This document shows, piece by piece, positions 20,196 to 32,006 of a DNA stretch of 64,000 bases. The notes under the pieces are model-generated. The model saw only the letters and a program-made list of their open reading frames with translations. It made no database searches and had not been told where the DNA came from. Position numbers and translations under genes: made by a program. Within the stretch, counting starts at the first letter, position 1; each line of letters starts with the position of its first letter. Source of the stretch: Synechococcus sp. (GTDB lineage: Bacteria > Cyanobacteriota > Cyanobacteriia > PCC-6307 > Cyanobiaceae); assembly GCA_047285305.1 (NCBI GenBank), contig JBJBDL010000003.1, positions 1,984,001-2,048,000 of the forward strand. Reading direction: 5' to 3'.

Positions 20196-22894
20196 CAGTT
20201 GTCAGCCGGCTTGATCACCCGCACCGCACTGGCTCTGAGCCGACCGGTCTTGGTGGTGGCGGGGGGTTTCTTGGCCGCTGGTTTCTTGGCGGCTGGTTTC
20301 TTGGCAGCTGTTTTTTTCGCGGCGGTTTTACGACCGCCCTTCTTCGATGCTGCCTTGGCGGCAAGCAGTTCCACCGCTTCTTCAAGGGTCACATCGTCAG
20401 CGCCCTTGCCTTCCGGCAGCGAGGCATTCATCTTGCCCTGTTTGACATACAGGCCGTAAGGACCGTCATAGACCTGAATCGTTTCATCACTGCCCTCAGG
20501 CTTACCGAGGTCCTTGAGGGCGGTGCGTCCACCCCGACCCCGTTTGGGCATGGCCAGCAGCTCAAGGGCACGGCTCAGCCCCACCGCCAGAACATCGTCA
20601 TCCCCCTTGATCGATCGGTAATCCTTTTCGCCCTTGCCCTTGTCCCAGACGACGTACGGGCCAAAGCGGCCCAGCCCCGCCTGAATGCGCCCACCATCAG
20701 GATGTTCGCCGAGAAGACGCGGCAAGCGGAGCAATCCGAGGGCATCCTCCAGGGTGAGATCCTCCGGCTTCTGCCCCTTGGGCAGAGAGGCACGTTTGGG
20801 CTTGGGGTTCTCATCACTCACCTGGCCCCGCTGCACATAAGGCCCGTACTGGCCGAAGAGCAGGTAGACCAAATCCCCCGTTTCCGGATCCTCACCGATG
20901 GCTTCGGGGCCGTCGGCCTTCTGTTTGAGGATCAGTTCGGCCTGCTCTTCATCCAGATCAGCCGGAGTGATCTCCCGGGGCAAGGTGGCCTTGATCAGCT
21001 CTTCCTCACCGTCGTCGCTGACCCGTTTGGCCTCCAGGTAGGCGCCAAAGCGGCCGATGCGAACCACGGAGGACAAGCCCTCCAGATCGATGGTGCGGGA
21101 TGCACCGGGGTCAATATCCCCTTCCCGTTGCTGCACCTGGTTTTCCAGGCCTTCATCACCCTTGAAGAAGCCCTCCAGGTAAGGCAACCACTGCACCTTG
21201 CCGTGGGAGATCTCATCGAGGGTGTTCTCCATTCGAGCGGTGAAGCTGGTGTCCACCAGTTCAGGGAAATGCTCCTCGAGCAACGCCGTCACAGCAAAGG
21301 CGGTGAAGCTGGGGGTCAGGGCGTTGCCCAACAGCGTGGCGTAGCCGCGATCCACGATCGTTCCAATGATCGAGGCGTAGGTCGACGGCCGGCCGATGCC
21401 CTCCTTTTCCAGCATCTTCACCAGCGATGCCTCGCTGAACCGTGCCGGCGGCTGGGTCTGATGGCCAAGGGGCTCAACGGTCTTCGGCTCCGGTGCATCG
21501 CCAACGCTCAACGCCGGCAGCAACACTTCCTGACCCTCAAGAGCCGCATCGGGATCATCACTGCCTTCCACGTAGGCGCGAAAGAAACCGGGGAAGTCGA
21601 TGCGCTTGCCGCTGGCCCGGAAACTGGCCTCGCCTGAGCTGAGATCCACCGAGAGCATCGTGAGCCTGGCTTCAGCCATCTGGCTGGCCACGGTGCGCTT
21701 CCAGATCAGCTCATACACCGCCAGATCTCGTCCATCCAGACCGGTCTCACCGGGGGTTCGGAAGCTTTCGCCGGATGGACGAATCGCTTCATGGGCCTCC
21801 TGGGCATTGCGGGCTTTGGTGCTGAACTGCCGCGGCCCTTTGCTCAGATACTCCTTGCCGTAAAGGCTCTCCACGCAGTTGCGGGATGCGTTGATCGCCT
21901 GATCCGACAAGTGAACCGAGTCGGTCCGCATGTAGGTGATGAAACCGCGTTCGTAGAGCCCCTGGGCACAGCGCATGGTTTCCCGGGCTGAGAGGCGCAG
22001 CTTGCGATTCGCCTCCTGTTGGAGGGTGCTGGTGGTGAAGGGAGGCACCGGCTTGCGCACGGTGGGCTTCTCCTCCACCGCATCCACAGTCCAGGCGCTG
22101 GTTCGCACGGATTCAGCCAACGCCTTGGCCTCGCTCTCGCTGAGCAGCCGCACGGCACTGCCCGCCTTCAGCCCGCCGGTGCTCTCGTCGAAGTCGTTAC
22201 CGGTGGCGATCCGCTGGCCACCTACATGGGTCAGCTTGGCCTCAAAGGCACTGCCCGACTGCTCAAGCTGGGCCTTGAGGTCCCAGTAACTGCCGCTGCG
22301 GAAGGCGCGGCGGACCCGTTCCCGTTGAACCAGGAGCCGAACCGCAACGGACTGCACCCGCCCGGCGGAGAGTCCCCAGGCCACCTTTTTCCAGAGGAGA
22401 GGGGACAGGGTGTACCCCACAAGGCGATCCAAAATCCGCCGGGTTTCCTGGGCATGGACCAGCTCCATGTCCAGGTCGCGGGTCTGATCCAGGGCCTTGC
22501 CGATGGCCTCCTTGGTGATCTCGTGAAACACCATGCGCTTCACCGGCACTTTCGGCGCCAGCAGCTCGAGGAGGTGCCAACTGATGCTTTCGCCTTCCCG
22601 GTCTTCGTCAGTCGCCAGGAGCAACTGATCAGCACCCTTGAGGGCGTCCTTGAGTTCGCGAACCGTCTTCTTCTTGTCCTTCGGGACCACGTACAGCGGC
22701 TCGAAATCCGCGTCGGTGTTCACACCGAGGTTGGCCCATTTCTGCCCCTTGGCGGATGCCGGAATCTCGCTGGCGTTGTTGGGAAGGTCGCGGACATGCC
22801 CCATGGAGGCTTCGACCTTGAATCCCTTGGGAAGGAAGCCACGGATGGTCTTGGCCTTCGTGGGGCTCTCAACGATGACGAGGGTGTGCGCCAC
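20195..22894 (-). CDS. topA: DNA topoisomerase I
   Basis: [39 protein letters not shown], Lys/Ala-rich tail. Confidence 0.98.
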   Translation of the reverse strand: MAHTLVIVESPTKAKTIRGFLPKGFKVEASMGHVRDLPNNASEIPASAKGQKWANLGVNTDADFEPLYVVPKDKKKTVRELKDALKGADQLLLATDEDREGESISWHLLELLAPKVPVKRMVFHEITKEAIGKALDQTRDLDMELVHAQETRRILDRLVGYTLSPLLWKKVAWGLSAGRVQSVAVRLLVQRERVRRAFRSGSYWDLKAQLEQSGSAFEAKLTHVGGQRIATGNDFDESTGGLKAGSAVRLLSESEAKALAESVRTSAWTVDAVEEKPTVRKPVPPFTTSTLQQEANRKLRLSARETMRCAQGLYERGFITYMRTDSVHLSDQAINASRNCVESLYGKEYLSKGPRQFSTKARNAQEAHEAIRPSGESFRTPGETGLDGRDLAVYELIWKRTVASQMAEARLTMLSVDLSSGEASFRASGKRIDFPGFFRAYVEGSDDPDAALEGQEVLLPALSVGDAPEPKTVEPLGHQTQPPARFSEASLVKMLEKEGIGRPSTYASIIGTIVDRGYATLLGNALTPSFTAFAVTALLEEHFPELVDTSFTARMENTLDEISHGKVQWLPYLEGFFKGDEGLENQVQQREGDIDPGASRTIDLEGLSSVVRIGRFGAYLEAKRVSDDGEEELIKATLPREITPADLDEEQAELILKQKADGPEAIGEDPETGDLVYLLFGQYGPYVQRGQVSDENPKPKRASLPKGQKPEDLTLEDALGLLRLPRLLGEHPDGGRIQAGLGRFGPYVVWDKGKGEKDYRSIKGDDDVLAVGLSRALELLAMPKRGRGGRTALKDLGKPEGSDETIQVYDGPYGLYVKQGKMNASLPEGKGADDVTLEEAVELLAAKAASKKGGRKTAAKKTAAKKPAAKKPAAKKPPATTKTGRLRASAVRVIKPADN

Positions 22895-23005
22895 TAGCGG
22901 CAGGTAAACCGTTCCCCTTCTTTATCGCACCGAGCAGCGCTCTGCATGACCGTCGGCGCGTCAAGCGCCGCTACAGTCGCCCCAGCGCAACGGTTCCAGG
23001 CTGCC

Positions 23006-24577
23006 ATGCCCGACATGGGTGCTTTCCTTCTCGCCACCCAGGCCACGGCTGCCCCTGGTGAGCTGCTGAATCTCTCTCTCAACGCCTCCGCCGTACTGCC
23101 CGAAGCTGCAGTTCTGCTGGCGATGATCGCCACCCTCTTGGTGGACCTGGCCGGCGAAAAAGTCGCCACACGTTGGGTGCCGCCGATTTGTTACGTGGGC
23201 CTGGGGACCTCCCTGGTGCTGCTGGCCCTGCAGTGGAACGCACCGCTGGAGCCCTCGTTCCTTGGAGCCTTCCTCGCCGACAACCTGGCGGTGGCGTTCC
23301 GAGCTGTGATTGCCTTGTCAACGCTTCTGTCGCTGCTGATCAGCTGGCGTTACGCGGAGAAGAGCGGCACACCTGTTGGCGAGTACGCCGCCATCCTCCT
23401 TGCCGCAACCCTCGGCGCCATGCTCCTTTGCGGGGCAACGGATCTGGTGAGTGTGTTCATCTCGCTGGAGACGCTCTCCGTCGCCAGCTATTTGCTGTCG
23501 GGCTACATGAAGCGGGATGCCCGCAGCTCGGAAGCAGCACTCAAATATCTGCTCGTGGGATCGGCAGCCGCTGCTGTCTTCCTGTACGGCTCTTCCCTGC
23601 TGTACGGCCTGAGCGGCAGCACCAGCCTCGACACCATCGGCCTGGCACTGCAAACCAGCACCACACCTCTGGCTGCTTTGGCCCTGGTGTTCGTCTTGGC
23701 CACCGTTGCATTCAAGATCGCAGCCGTTCCCTTCCACCAATGGACGCCTGACGTCTACGAAGGCTCACCAACCCCTGTTGTGGCGTTCCTTTCCGTGGGT
23801 TCCAAAGCAGCCGGATTCGCCCTTGCTCTTCGCATCCTGGTGGGTTGCTTTGGTGCCTTCGACGATCAATGGAAATTGCTCTTCACTGTTCTGGCGGTGT
23901 TGAGCATGACCCTTGGCAACGTCGTTGCCCTCGCCCAGACCTCGATGAAGCGAATGCTGGCCTACAGCTCGATCGGCCAGGCCGGCTTCGTGATGATCGG
24001 CATGGTCTGCGGCACCGAAGACGGTTTCGCGGCCATGGTTCTGTACATGGCGGCCTACCTGTTCATGAACCTGGGGGCCTTCGCCTGCATCATCCTCTTC
24101 TCGATCCGCACAGGAAGCGATCGGATTTCAGATTATGCGGGGCTTTACCAGAAGGATCCCCTGATCACCCTCGGCCTGAGTCTTTGCCTGCTTTCGCTGG
24201 GTGGCATTCCGCCAATGCTGGGTTTCTTCGGAAAGATCTATCTGTTCTTTGCCGGTTGGGCGAACCACGAATACTTGCTGGTGGTGGTTGGCCTGGTCAC
24301 CTCCGTGGTGTCGATCTATTACTACATCTCCGTAATCAAAATGATGGTGGTGAAGGAGCCCCAGGAGGCCTCCGATGTAGTCAAGGCCTACCCCGACGTC
24401 AATTGGTCATTGATGGGGATGCAGCCGCTTCGGGTTGCCCTGATTGGATGTGTGGCGATCACCGCCGTTGGTGGAATCCTCTCCAATCCCCTGTTCCAGT
24501 GGGCCAACACAGCGGTTGCAGGAACTCCATTGCTTCAACAGGCCATCGCCCTGTCAAGCCTGAAGGGTCTTGGCTGA
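23006..24577 (+). CDS. ndhB: NAD(P)H-quinone oxidoreductase subunit 2 (NuoN/NdhB)
   Basis: [33 protein letters not shown]. Confidence 0.97.
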   Translation: MPDMGAFLLATQATAAPGELLNLSLNASAVLPEAAVLLAMIATLLVDLAGEKVATRWVPPICYVGLGTSLVLLALQWNAPLEPSFLGAFLADNLAVAFRAVIALSTLLSLLISWRYAEKSGTPVGEYAAILLAATLGAMLLCGATDLVSVFISLETLSVASYLLSGYMKRDARSSEAALKYLLVGSAAAAVFLYGSSLLYGLSGSTSLDTIGLALQTSTTPLAALALVFVLATVAFKIAAVPFHQWTPDVYEGSPTPVVAFLSVGSKAAGFALALRILVGCFGAFDDQWKLLFTVLAVLSMTLGNVVALAQTSMKRMLAYSSIGQAGFVMIGMVCGTEDGFAAMVLYMAAYLFMNLGAFACIILFSIRTGSDRISDYAGLYQKDPLITLGLSLCLLSLGGIPPMLGFFGKIYLFFAGWANHEYLLVVVGLVTSVVSIYYYISVIKMMVVKEPQEASDVVKAYPDVNWSLMGMQPLRVALIGCVAITAVGGILSNPLFQWANTAVAGTPLLQQAIALSSLKGLG

Positions 24578-25268
24578 GGCTGTGCAGCAGCCGGTTGCTG
24601 AGCTCAGGGGGATCAGCAAGATCTATGGATCTGGTGATCTCGAAGTCAAAGCTCTGGACCAACTGAATCTCACCGTTCAGGAGGGGGATTACCTGGCGGT
24701 GATGGGGGCCAGCGGCTCAGGCAAGAGCACGGCGATGAACATCCTTGGCTGCCTCGACCGGCCCACCAGTGGCACCTACCGGCTCAATGGCACGGCCGTT
24801 GAACAGTTGGATGACGATGCCTTAGCCGACGTTCGCAACCGCTCGCTCGGATTTGTCTTTCAGCAGTTCCATCTGCTCGGCCACGCCAGCGCCATGGAGA
24901 ACGTGATGCTCCCGATGATCTATGCGGGGGTGCCCAGGGAGGAACGGATCGAGCGTGCCCAATCGGCCCTGCGCCGCGTTGGTCTAGCGCAGCGTTTGGA
25001 GAACAAGCCCAATCAGCTCTCCGGAGGGCAGCAGCAACGGGTGGCCATCGCCCGGGCCATCATCAACCGCCCCAGTCTGCTGCTGGCGGACGAACCCACA
25101 GGGGCTCTGGACTCCAGCACCACCGCCGAGGTGCTGGAACTGTTTGATGAACTCCACCAACAGGGCATCACCCTGGTGATGGTGACCCATGAGGACGATG
25201 TGGCGGCCCGAGCACAACGCATTGCTCGATTCCAGGATGGTCGGGCGCTCACTGGATGCCCACAATGA
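24570..25268 (+). CDS. ABC transporter ATP-binding protein (LolD/MacB-like)
   Basis: [27 protein letters not shown]. Confidence 0.92.
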   Translation: MAEAVQQPVAELRGISKIYGSGDLEVKALDQLNLTVQEGDYLAVMGASGSGKSTAMNILGCLDRPTSGTYRLNGTAVEQLDDDALADVRNRSLGFVFQQFHLLGHASAMENVMLPMIYAGVPREERIERAQSALRRVGLAQRLENKPNQLSGGQQQRVAIARAIINRPSLLLADEPTGALDSSTTAEVLELFDELHQQGITLVMVTHEDDVAARAQRIARFQDGRALTGCPQ

Positions 25269-25386
25269 GTGCAGTGCCCCTGCGCCCCTGGAGGATGCCC
25301 CGTGCACTCAGCAGCTGATCAGCACGAGTCAACCCAGCATCAAACGAGACGGCAACACCAACTAATCCTCTGAGTCGGCAGCCAAC

Positions 25387-26112
25387 TCAAGGCCAGCGGC
25401 GCCAGGTTTCAGTCCTTGAACCCTGACGCAACCGAAGCCCCCCATCGCGTTCAAGGCCATCAATCCTCCAGATCTGACCGTCTTGAGGATGGATGAGCTG
25501 ATCGGACCAGAGCCGGGCCTGAACACCATCGAGGCACCAGGTCCCATCGCCTCCTTCATCGTGACAATGATCGAAGGCCAGCAAAACCTCAGCCGTCCAC
25601 CGGATGGGATCCGCAGCCTGCTGCCCTTCAAGCCTTCTCAGGGCAATGGCATGGCCAGGAACTGCATTCCGCACATTCAGGCCCAGGCCGATGCGCAGCA
25701 AACGCAGCTGGGAGCCCCGCTGCACCACCCCTGGCAGTAGGCCCGCCAATTTGCGGCCGTTCACGAACAGGTCGTTGGGCCATTTGATCTGAACCGAAAG
25801 GCCCTGCTGCTCAAGCCGTTGCACCACCGACAGGGCCAGCGCCAAGCCAAGCAAGCCGGCCTGACCGGACCCTTGGCTCCGCCAAGGCAAAGCAGCGCTG
25901 ATCCAGACACCACCTGGCGGAGAAACCCAGGCGCGCCCCCATTGGCCGACTCCCCGGCGCTGGTGGGTGGCAATGACGGCGCGAGGTCCCATCAATGAAG
26001 GCTGATCGCGCAACCAGGCCCCCAGCAGCTCCTCCGTGCTGCTGCACACAGGCACATGACGGATGGTCCAATGGCGTGCCGAGGCCCCAGCGAGGCGGCG
26101 ATACATCGCCAT
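25387..26112 (-). CDS. birA: Biotin--acetyl-CoA-carboxylase ligase
   Basis: CSSTE, QRRGVGQWGRAWVSP, IKWPNDL, KLAG, GLGLN. Start uncertain and may lie up to about 100 nt upstream. Confidence 0.9.
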   Translation of the reverse strand: MAMYRRLAGASARHWTIRHVPVCSSTEELLGAWLRDQPSLMGPRAVIATHQRRGVGQWGRAWVSPPGGVWISAALPWRSQGSGQAGLLGLALALSVVQRLEQQGLSVQIKWPNDLFVNGRKLAGLLPGVVQRGSQLRLLRIGLGLNVRNAVPGHAIALRRLEGQQAADPIRWTAEVLLAFDHCHDEGGDGTWCLDGVQARLWSDQLIHPQDGQIWRIDGLERDGGLRLRQGSRTETWRRWP

Positions 26113-26161
26113 CAACCGACCACCACCGCGGTGTGGGAATCGATGTTGCGGCATGCGTGGA

Positions 26162-27352
26162 TCAGTCATCCATCGCATCCGCGAGACGCGATGCAGCGTC
26201 CACCAACTCATTCACTGGCCGCACCAGCGCCATGCGCAGCCACTGGCGACCGCCGCCACCAAACCCAGACCCAGGGGTCAAGGCGACACCGCTCCGCTGA
26301 AGCAGTTCCCTCGCGGCATCTTCATCACTCCAACCCCGACGATGGGCCGCATCAGGCAAGGGGAACCAGAGATACATCGCCATCTCTGGACAGGGAACCG
26401 ACCAACCGCGTGCCCTGAGGGTCTCGACCACACGATCCCGTCGTTCGCGATAGATCGGATGCAGTTGCCGCGGCCAATCGGGAAAGCGTTGCAACGCCTG
26501 GATCGCACCCTGCTGCAGAGCCAGGCTCTGGTTGAAATCGATGACGGCCTTGGCGCGACGCAGGGCGGCAATCAGCGGTGCAGCACCAACTGCAAAACCA
26601 AGTCTGAATCCCCCAAGGCACCAGCCCTTCGAAAGGGAGAAAAATTCAATGCCGCACTCCCTCCAGTTCGGAGCCTGCAGAAGCGAGGGAGGCTCTCCAT
26701 CCAGGGCGAGATCCACATAGGGATTGTCGTGAGCGATCACCACGTCGTGCCGAGCTGCGATCGCCATGATGCGATTGAGATCCTCCTGATCCCCCACCCG
26801 GGCTGAAGGGTTGTGGGGATACCCCAAGACGAACAACTTCAGTTGCTCCCACAGCTGGGGGCTGATGGTCGTCAGATCCGGCCGCCAGTCGTTTTCAGGG
26901 GAGAGGGCCAGGGCCTTGGTCCGGGCTCCCGCCAGGTGCAATCCACCGGTATGGGACGGATAACAAGGGTCCAAATGCAGGGCGGCGTCACCCGGATCAA
27001 GCACCGCCAGCGGCAGATGGGCGGTTCCTTCCTGGGATCCCACCAACAACTGGACGTCATGATCAGGATCCACAGCAACGTCGAAGCGATGCCGGCACCA
27101 GTCCGAGACGGCGGCATGAAAAGGCCTCAATCCGGCTTGAAGGCAATAGGAGCCGCTGCTGGACTCCAAGACTGCTGAGGCAATGTTGTCCAACAACGCC
27201 GTGGGCGGCCGAAGATCAGACGATCCGATGGAGAGATCCACCAGATCCGGACCTACCGAAGAAGACGCATCGAGCCGATAAGCCTGTTTGGCGGCATCAA
27301 CACGGGCAAAAACAGCGCTGCCCAGCGAGGCAAGCCGGTTAGAGGTTGGCAT
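26162..27352 (-). CDS. PLP-dependent class I/II aminotransferase
   Basis: GSQEG, YPHNP, HDNPY, SLSKGWCLGGFRLG. Confidence 0.9.
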   Translation of the reverse strand: MPTSNRLASLGSAVFARVDAAKQAYRLDASSSVGPDLVDLSIGSSDLRPPTALLDNIASAVLESSSGSYCLQAGLRPFHAAVSDWCRHRFDVAVDPDHDVQLLVGSQEGTAHLPLAVLDPGDAALHLDPCYPSHTGGLHLAGARTKALALSPENDWRPDLTTISPQLWEQLKLFVLGYPHNPSARVGDQEDLNRIMAIAARHDVVIAHDNPYVDLALDGEPPSLLQAPNWRECGIEFFSLSKGWCLGGFRLGFAVGAAPLIAALRRAKAVIDFNQSLALQQGAIQALQRFPDWPRQLHPIYRERRDRVVETLRARGWSVPCPEMAMYLWFPLPDAAHRRGWSDEDAARELLQRSGVALTPGSGFGGGGRQWLRMALVRPVNELVDAASRLADAMDD

Positions 27353-27674
27353 CCAGGAAGGACTGCAGCTGCGGTTTGGCGATGGCACCTTCATGCCGTG
27401 CCACCACTTCACCGTTGCGGAAGAGGATCAGTGTGGGGATGCCCTGAACCTGATAAGCGTCACGGGTCTGGGGATTGGCATCCACCTCGAGCTTGCCGAC
27501 GCTGACGCGATCGCCGTAGTCGCTCGCGACCCAATCCATTAACGGAGCGATCAGTCGGCAGGGGCCGCACCAGGCAGCCCAGAAATCGACGAGGACCGTG
27601 CCGGAAGCCTTGAGGACTTCACGTTCAAAACCAGCGTCGGTGAAATCGGCAACAGCTCCAGCCAAGGCACTCAA
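27339..27674 (-). CDS. Thioredoxin
   Basis: WCGPC active site, GIPTL. Confidence 0.93.
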   Translation of the reverse strand: MSALAGAVADFTDAGFEREVLKASGTVLVDFWAAWCGPCRLIAPLMDWVASDYGDRVSVGKLEVDANPQTRDAYQVQGIPTLILFRNGEVVARHEGAIAKPQLQSFLDANL

Positions 27675-27721
27675 ATGACTGAACTGATCCTATGGAAAGC
27701 CGGACGACTTTCTCGGGTTGA

Positions 27722-28495
27722 TTAGAGCTTGTCGATGGATCGCTTTAAGTCTTCAAGTTCAGCATCCACCTCTTCCACCTGCACGGGCTTCACGGCCTCG
27801 GAGGTTTCAGACGCGGGAAGAGCAATGGCTTCTGGGCCTCCCTTCAGCTGAGCGCGCAACGCCTCGAGATCATCATCAACGCCGCCACCGCTTTCCAAAG
27901 CCGCGAACTGACTCTCCAGATCAGATCCAGCCAACTCAGCCGCAGCCTGGCCGGTGGCCTCAAGGGCCTCCACCTTTTCCTCCATCCGTTCGAAGGCCGC
28001 CATGGCGGAATCAGTGCCGATGCTGCCGACGGCACTTTGCAACTGCTGCTGGGCCTTGGCCGCCTGGGCCCTTGCCTTGAGCATGTCCTTCTTGGTCTTT
28101 GCCTCAGCGATCTTTCCTTCGAGGGCAACCAGACTCTTCTTGAGCGATTCCACCTGGCCGTCTTGGGCCTGCACCTGGGCCGTCAGCGAGGTTGCCGTCT
28201 CCTGGAACGTCTTGCGTCGGGTCAAAGCCTCCCGAGCCAGGGATTCCTCACCCTTCTTCAATGCCAGCTCGGCACGCTCGTACCAGGTCTTTGATTGAGC
28301 TGCAGCCTGCTCAGCCTGGCTGGTCAGGCGCTTCTGACTCGCGATCGCCAGGGCGACGGCTTGACGCAACTTGACCAGATCCGCCTGCATGTCGGCGACG
28401 GATTGATCGAGGATCTTGGCGGGGTCCTCCATGCTGCTGACAGCAGCGTTGGCGTTGGCGCGAACCAGCCTGCTCAGCCGATCAAAGAAACCCAT
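27722..28495 (-). CDS. pspA: PspA/IM30 (Vipp1) family protein
   Basis: MGFFDRLSR, EDPAKILDQ, coiled coil, AFERMEEKV, C-terminal extension. Confidence 0.93.
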   Translation of the reverse strand: MGFFDRLSRLVRANANAAVSSMEDPAKILDQSVADMQADLVKLRQAVALAIASQKRLTSQAEQAAAQSKTWYERAELALKKGEESLAREALTRRKTFQETATSLTAQVQAQDGQVESLKKSLVALEGKIAEAKTKKDMLKARAQAAKAQQQLQSAVGSIGTDSAMAAFERMEEKVEALEATGQAAAELAGSDLESQFAALESGGGVDDDLEALRAQLKGGPEAIALPASETSEAVKPVQVEEVDAELEDLKRSIDKL

Positions 28496-28559
28496 GACAT
28501 GGCGTCAGACGCGCTGAGATTAGCGAGGTTCCCGCTGCAGTTCTGCCTAGGATCAGCCC

Positions 28560-29081
28560 ATGGCGGTTGCACCTGAATCCCAACGGCGTCGCCTACCAGG
28601 CTTGGAGCTGCTCCAATCAGCTGCGCCAGCGCCGGCGGAACCCTTGAAAACCTGCCTGGGAGCACTTCAGAGTGAGTGGCGCAAGGATCACCATCTCGCA
28701 GCGCTATGGCAGGACTGGCCGAGAGTTGCGGGAGCACAACTGGCACCGCACTGCCGACCCTTATCGCTGCAACGCGGAGTGCTGACCGTGGGAGCCAGCC
28801 ATCCCCAATGGCGCCAGGCTCTCCTTTACAACAAGCCCCAACTGATCAACGCCTTGCACCAAGCCGGCCACGCGGTGCGTGATCTGCGCATTCAGCAACA
28901 CCACTCCCTCCAATCCCCAGTGCTGGAGAGCGAAGCCAGCATTTGGGCCAAGCACCCGAGCCGCACCGATGTCCATGGCATGGGGACATGTCCGGACTGC
29001 GGCCGACCAGCGCCCAACGGAGAAATCAAGCTCTGGGGGCACTGCGGTTTTTGCCATCGCCAGAGCCTGTCACCCTCTTAA
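28560..29081 (+). CDS. DUF721/DciA-family protein with C-terminal Zn ribbon
   Basis: WPRVAG...HCRP...LTVGA...WRQ; CPDC and CGFC. Confidence 0.82.
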   Translation: MAVAPESQRRRLPGLELLQSAAPAPAEPLKTCLGALQSEWRKDHHLAALWQDWPRVAGAQLAPHCRPLSLQRGVLTVGASHPQWRQALLYNKPQLINALHQAGHAVRDLRIQQHHSLQSPVLESEASIWAKHPSRTDVHGMGTCPDCGRPAPNGEIKLWGHCGFCHRQSLSPS

Positions 29082-29092
29082 GGCTCAACAAC

Positions 29093-30922
29093 TCAATACC
29101 GCTCCGGGCGCGGCTCCTCCCAGTTGGCATTGACGCCATCGGCCTTCAGGTTTTGTGCCCGTCGCTCAAGGCGACTGCGGTCCAGACGCCACACGTCGTA
29201 GATCCCGATCTGTCCCAGCAGCTCAGGCTGCAGGTCGCTCCAATGATCTCGTTCTGCCGTACCGCGATCGATCAGCACCAGCACGGTTCTGGATGCAGCC
29301 GGGCTCCCGAGGGGATATCCACTCCAGCCGCGTCGCTGTTCATGGGCCAGGCGATCAGCAATGTTGACCAACGCCCTATTGGATTGGCCTTCGTAAAGGA
29401 TCACCTGACCTGTGTAGAAGTGCAGCGAAGGCTTCATGGCGCCAACCATGACAATGGGCTCTCCACTGCGCTGCTGCGACAACATCAGTGAAGCCGCGTC
29501 ACGCACGGGCTGCTGACGCAGACGATCGGCGAGTTCGGCGATGGGAACCAGAGCCGTGAGATGAAATCCGAGCAGACAGCCCTGCATGGCCAGCAAGGCC
29601 TGAGCGGCAGCACGACGCTGAAGCAACAGACAGGCTCCAAGCGAGGCTGCAGCGCTGAACCAGATCGCAGCCCACTTCAACAGACCGCTGGCGAGCACAT
29701 CCACCGACAGCGTCGGCATCTCCGGATCCTCGATCAAGGGAACCCAGAGCGATCCCAGCCAGAACCCAGCGGCCAGGACGGCGATCAAAGCCAGGCAAGT
29801 TCCCCAGGCCATCCGTTGCCAGCGCGATGAGCCCACCGTGGCCTGGGCTACCAACAAAGCCGCCGCGGGAGTGGCAGGCAACCAATAACTGGGAAGCTTG
29901 GTGGCTGCGGTGGTGAACAGCAGAAGCACCGCCAACAGCCAGCACGCTGCGAATTGATGCAACGAATGCTCAGGAGCGATCCTCGATCGGGGCACCCGCG
30001 CCAGGCCAATCAGCAGGTAGGGCGTGAAGGGCAGGGCAGCCACGAGCATCACCGGGCCGAAAAACCACCAGGGCTGCAGGTGATCGTTCACCACGGAGGT
30101 GAAGCGTTGAAGATTGTGGTAGCCGAAAAAGCTGTCCCAGAAGGGCTGTCCTTCGACCAGCAATTCCAGGACGTACCAGGGAAGGCTGATCAGAGCGGTG
30201 AGCAACAACCCTGGCAACGGGCGCAACCGCCGCCAGGGTTGAACGAGATCCCGTCGCAACGCTCCGAACATCAGCAGAGCGAGACCTGACAGCACCACGG
30301 CGACAGGTCCCTTGGCCAGCACTGCGCATCCGAGGATTACCCAGGCTGGCCACCAGGCCACCTCTTGGGGAGCGGCAAAACGCCTCCACTGCAGCAACAG
30401 GCTGAGACCGAGCAGGCCACACAGCAGGGCATCACTCACCGCGGTGCGGCTCCAGACGAGCACCAGCGGCGAGAAGGCAAACGCCAGCGGGGCAATCAAA
30501 GCCGTCAAACGTGGACGCTCATCGCCGGAGAACGGCCAGCGCAGCACCGTATCGGCGAGGCCAAGCATCAGCCCGACCGTGGCCAGGGCGGAAGGAAGCC
30601 GTGCCGCCCAACTGCCGAGAGGATCCCAAGCCTCGCGTCCGGGCCAGGTATAGCCAAACCCCATCAGCCAATAGACCAGGGGCGGTTTGTCGTAACGGGG
30701 CAAGCCGTTCACCCGAGGAGTCAGCCAGTCGCCGGTGTCAGCCATGGCCCGTCCGGCTGCGGCAAACAACGGCGGAGTTTCATCCACAACGCCGGTGGAT
30801 CCCAGCCGCCAAAAGGTGATGACGAGTCCCAGGGTCAGCACAAGTGCCAGAAGCTGGCGTCGCTGGCGTCCTGAAACATTGACCGACAAGGGACCCTCAG
30901 CTCCTGCGGTTGATGCTGACAT
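29093..30922 (-). CDS. ArnT/PMT (GT39-like) membrane glycosyltransferase
   Basis: DETPPLF, GDWLTPRVNG, DKPPLVYW, LAKGP, TKLPSY. Confidence 0.88.
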   Translation of the reverse strand: MSASTAGAEGPLSVNVSGRQRRQLLALVLTLGLVITFWRLGSTGVVDETPPLFAAAGRAMADTGDWLTPRVNGLPRYDKPPLVYWLMGFGYTWPGREAWDPLGSWAARLPSALATVGLMLGLADTVLRWPFSGDERPRLTALIAPLAFAFSPLVLVWSRTAVSDALLCGLLGLSLLLQWRRFAAPQEVAWWPAWVILGCAVLAKGPVAVVLSGLALLMFGALRRDLVQPWRRLRPLPGLLLTALISLPWYVLELLVEGQPFWDSFFGYHNLQRFTSVVNDHLQPWWFFGPVMLVAALPFTPYLLIGLARVPRSRIAPEHSLHQFAACWLLAVLLLFTTAATKLPSYWLPATPAAALLVAQATVGSSRWQRMAWGTCLALIAVLAAGFWLGSLWVPLIEDPEMPTLSVDVLASGLLKWAAIWFSAAASLGACLLLQRRAAAQALLAMQGCLLGFHLTALVPIAELADRLRQQPVRDAASLMLSQQRSGEPIVMVGAMKPSLHFYTGQVILYEGQSNRALVNIADRLAHEQRRGWSGYPLGSPAASRTVLVLIDRGTAERDHWSDLQPELLGQIGIYDVWRLDRSRLERRAQNLKADGVNANWEEPRPERY

Positions 30923-32006
30923 CCGCCATCAGTCCTGTTCGAACCCACGATTCAACTCGCTGACTGAAGACCTCACAGGAGGCATGCTCCTCAACCCAGC
31001 TGCGGCAGAGGGAGCGCTCGATGCTGTCGACGCGCCGAATAGCCTCCGTGAGGGCAGCGACATCGTCAGGCGGCACCAACCAGCCTGTGCGACCGGAACA
31101 GATCAGCTCCCCCGGTCCACCACGGTCATAGGCGACGACCGGAACACCACAGGCCAGGGCTTCAACAACAACATTGCCGTAGGCCTCATTCCATTTCGGC
31201 GTGTTGATCAGAGCCCGGCAGTGGCCCATCTCTTGCTGAAGCTCCCGGGTCGATCGAAATCCACGCCAGTCGATCGTGCCCTTGGGAACACTCGTCTCAA
31301 CCTGCCGCGCATAGGCATCGTCCTCGCGCAACCCCCAAACCAGAAGCTGCTCACCCAACGCAGCAGCTGCAGCTGCTGCATCCTCCAGCCCCTTTTCCGG
31401 AGCGATGCGGCCCGCCCAGCCCAGGGGGCCATCGGTCTGGCGCTGAAAGCTGTAGTTGCTGAGATCAAACCCATTACCCACCACATTGGCGGGAGAAGGC
31501 AGCCGGAAATCAGCGGCCTGGCGGTGTGTGTGAAAAGCAAGGCGACGGGAATCCCAGGAGGCGACGGCTTCGATCACATCGCGCATCACCGCAGCCACAT
31601 CCCCCATGCTCACGAGATGAAAGAGCCTGGCGCTGACCCGTTGCGTCAGCCACAGCGGCAGCCAGTCGTAGCCACCGTTGATCACGGCGTCGGCGGACTT
31701 ACCCACATCGAGCGCGGCCTCCCAGAGAGCCGGCAGAAGACCGTTGCGGGGAATTTCGACCGAGGCATGCTCAGCGGCGTGCTGCCAGCTGGGCTGGTTC
31801 ACACCCTCCACCTCCAGCAACTCAACTCCGCTGCAGTCGGCGGGGAGCGTGGAGCCCTTGGCGGCCACAACCGTGAGCCTGTGGCCGCGCCTCACCAACC
31901 CCTGCACCAAGGATCGGAGGGTGAGCTCCACACCTCCACCCTCGCCACTGCCGAGGGCCCCGATGGGCGTGTTGACGATGACGAGGTGAAGCGGCGACAC
32001 CGTCAT
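30897..32006 (-). CDS. Glycosyltransferase family 4
   Basis: GGGVE, GRIAPEKG, EAYGNVVVEALACGVPV. Confidence 0.9.
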   Translation of the reverse strand: MTVSPLHLVIVNTPIGALGSGEGGGVELTLRSLVQGLVRRGHRLTVVAAKGSTLPADCSGVELLEVEGVNQPSWQHAAEHASVEIPRNGLLPALWEAALDVGKSADAVINGGYDWLPLWLTQRVSARLFHLVSMGDVAAVMRDVIEAVASWDSRRLAFHTHRQAADFRLPSPANVVGNGFDLSNYSFQRQTDGPLGWAGRIAPEKGLEDAAAAAAALGEQLLVWGLREDDAYARQVETSVPKGTIDWRGFRSTRELQQEMGHCRALINTPKWNEAYGNVVVEALACGVPVVAYDRGGPGELICSGRTGWLVPPDDVAALTEAIRRVDSIERSLCRSWVEEHASCEVFSQRVESWVRTGLMADVSINRRS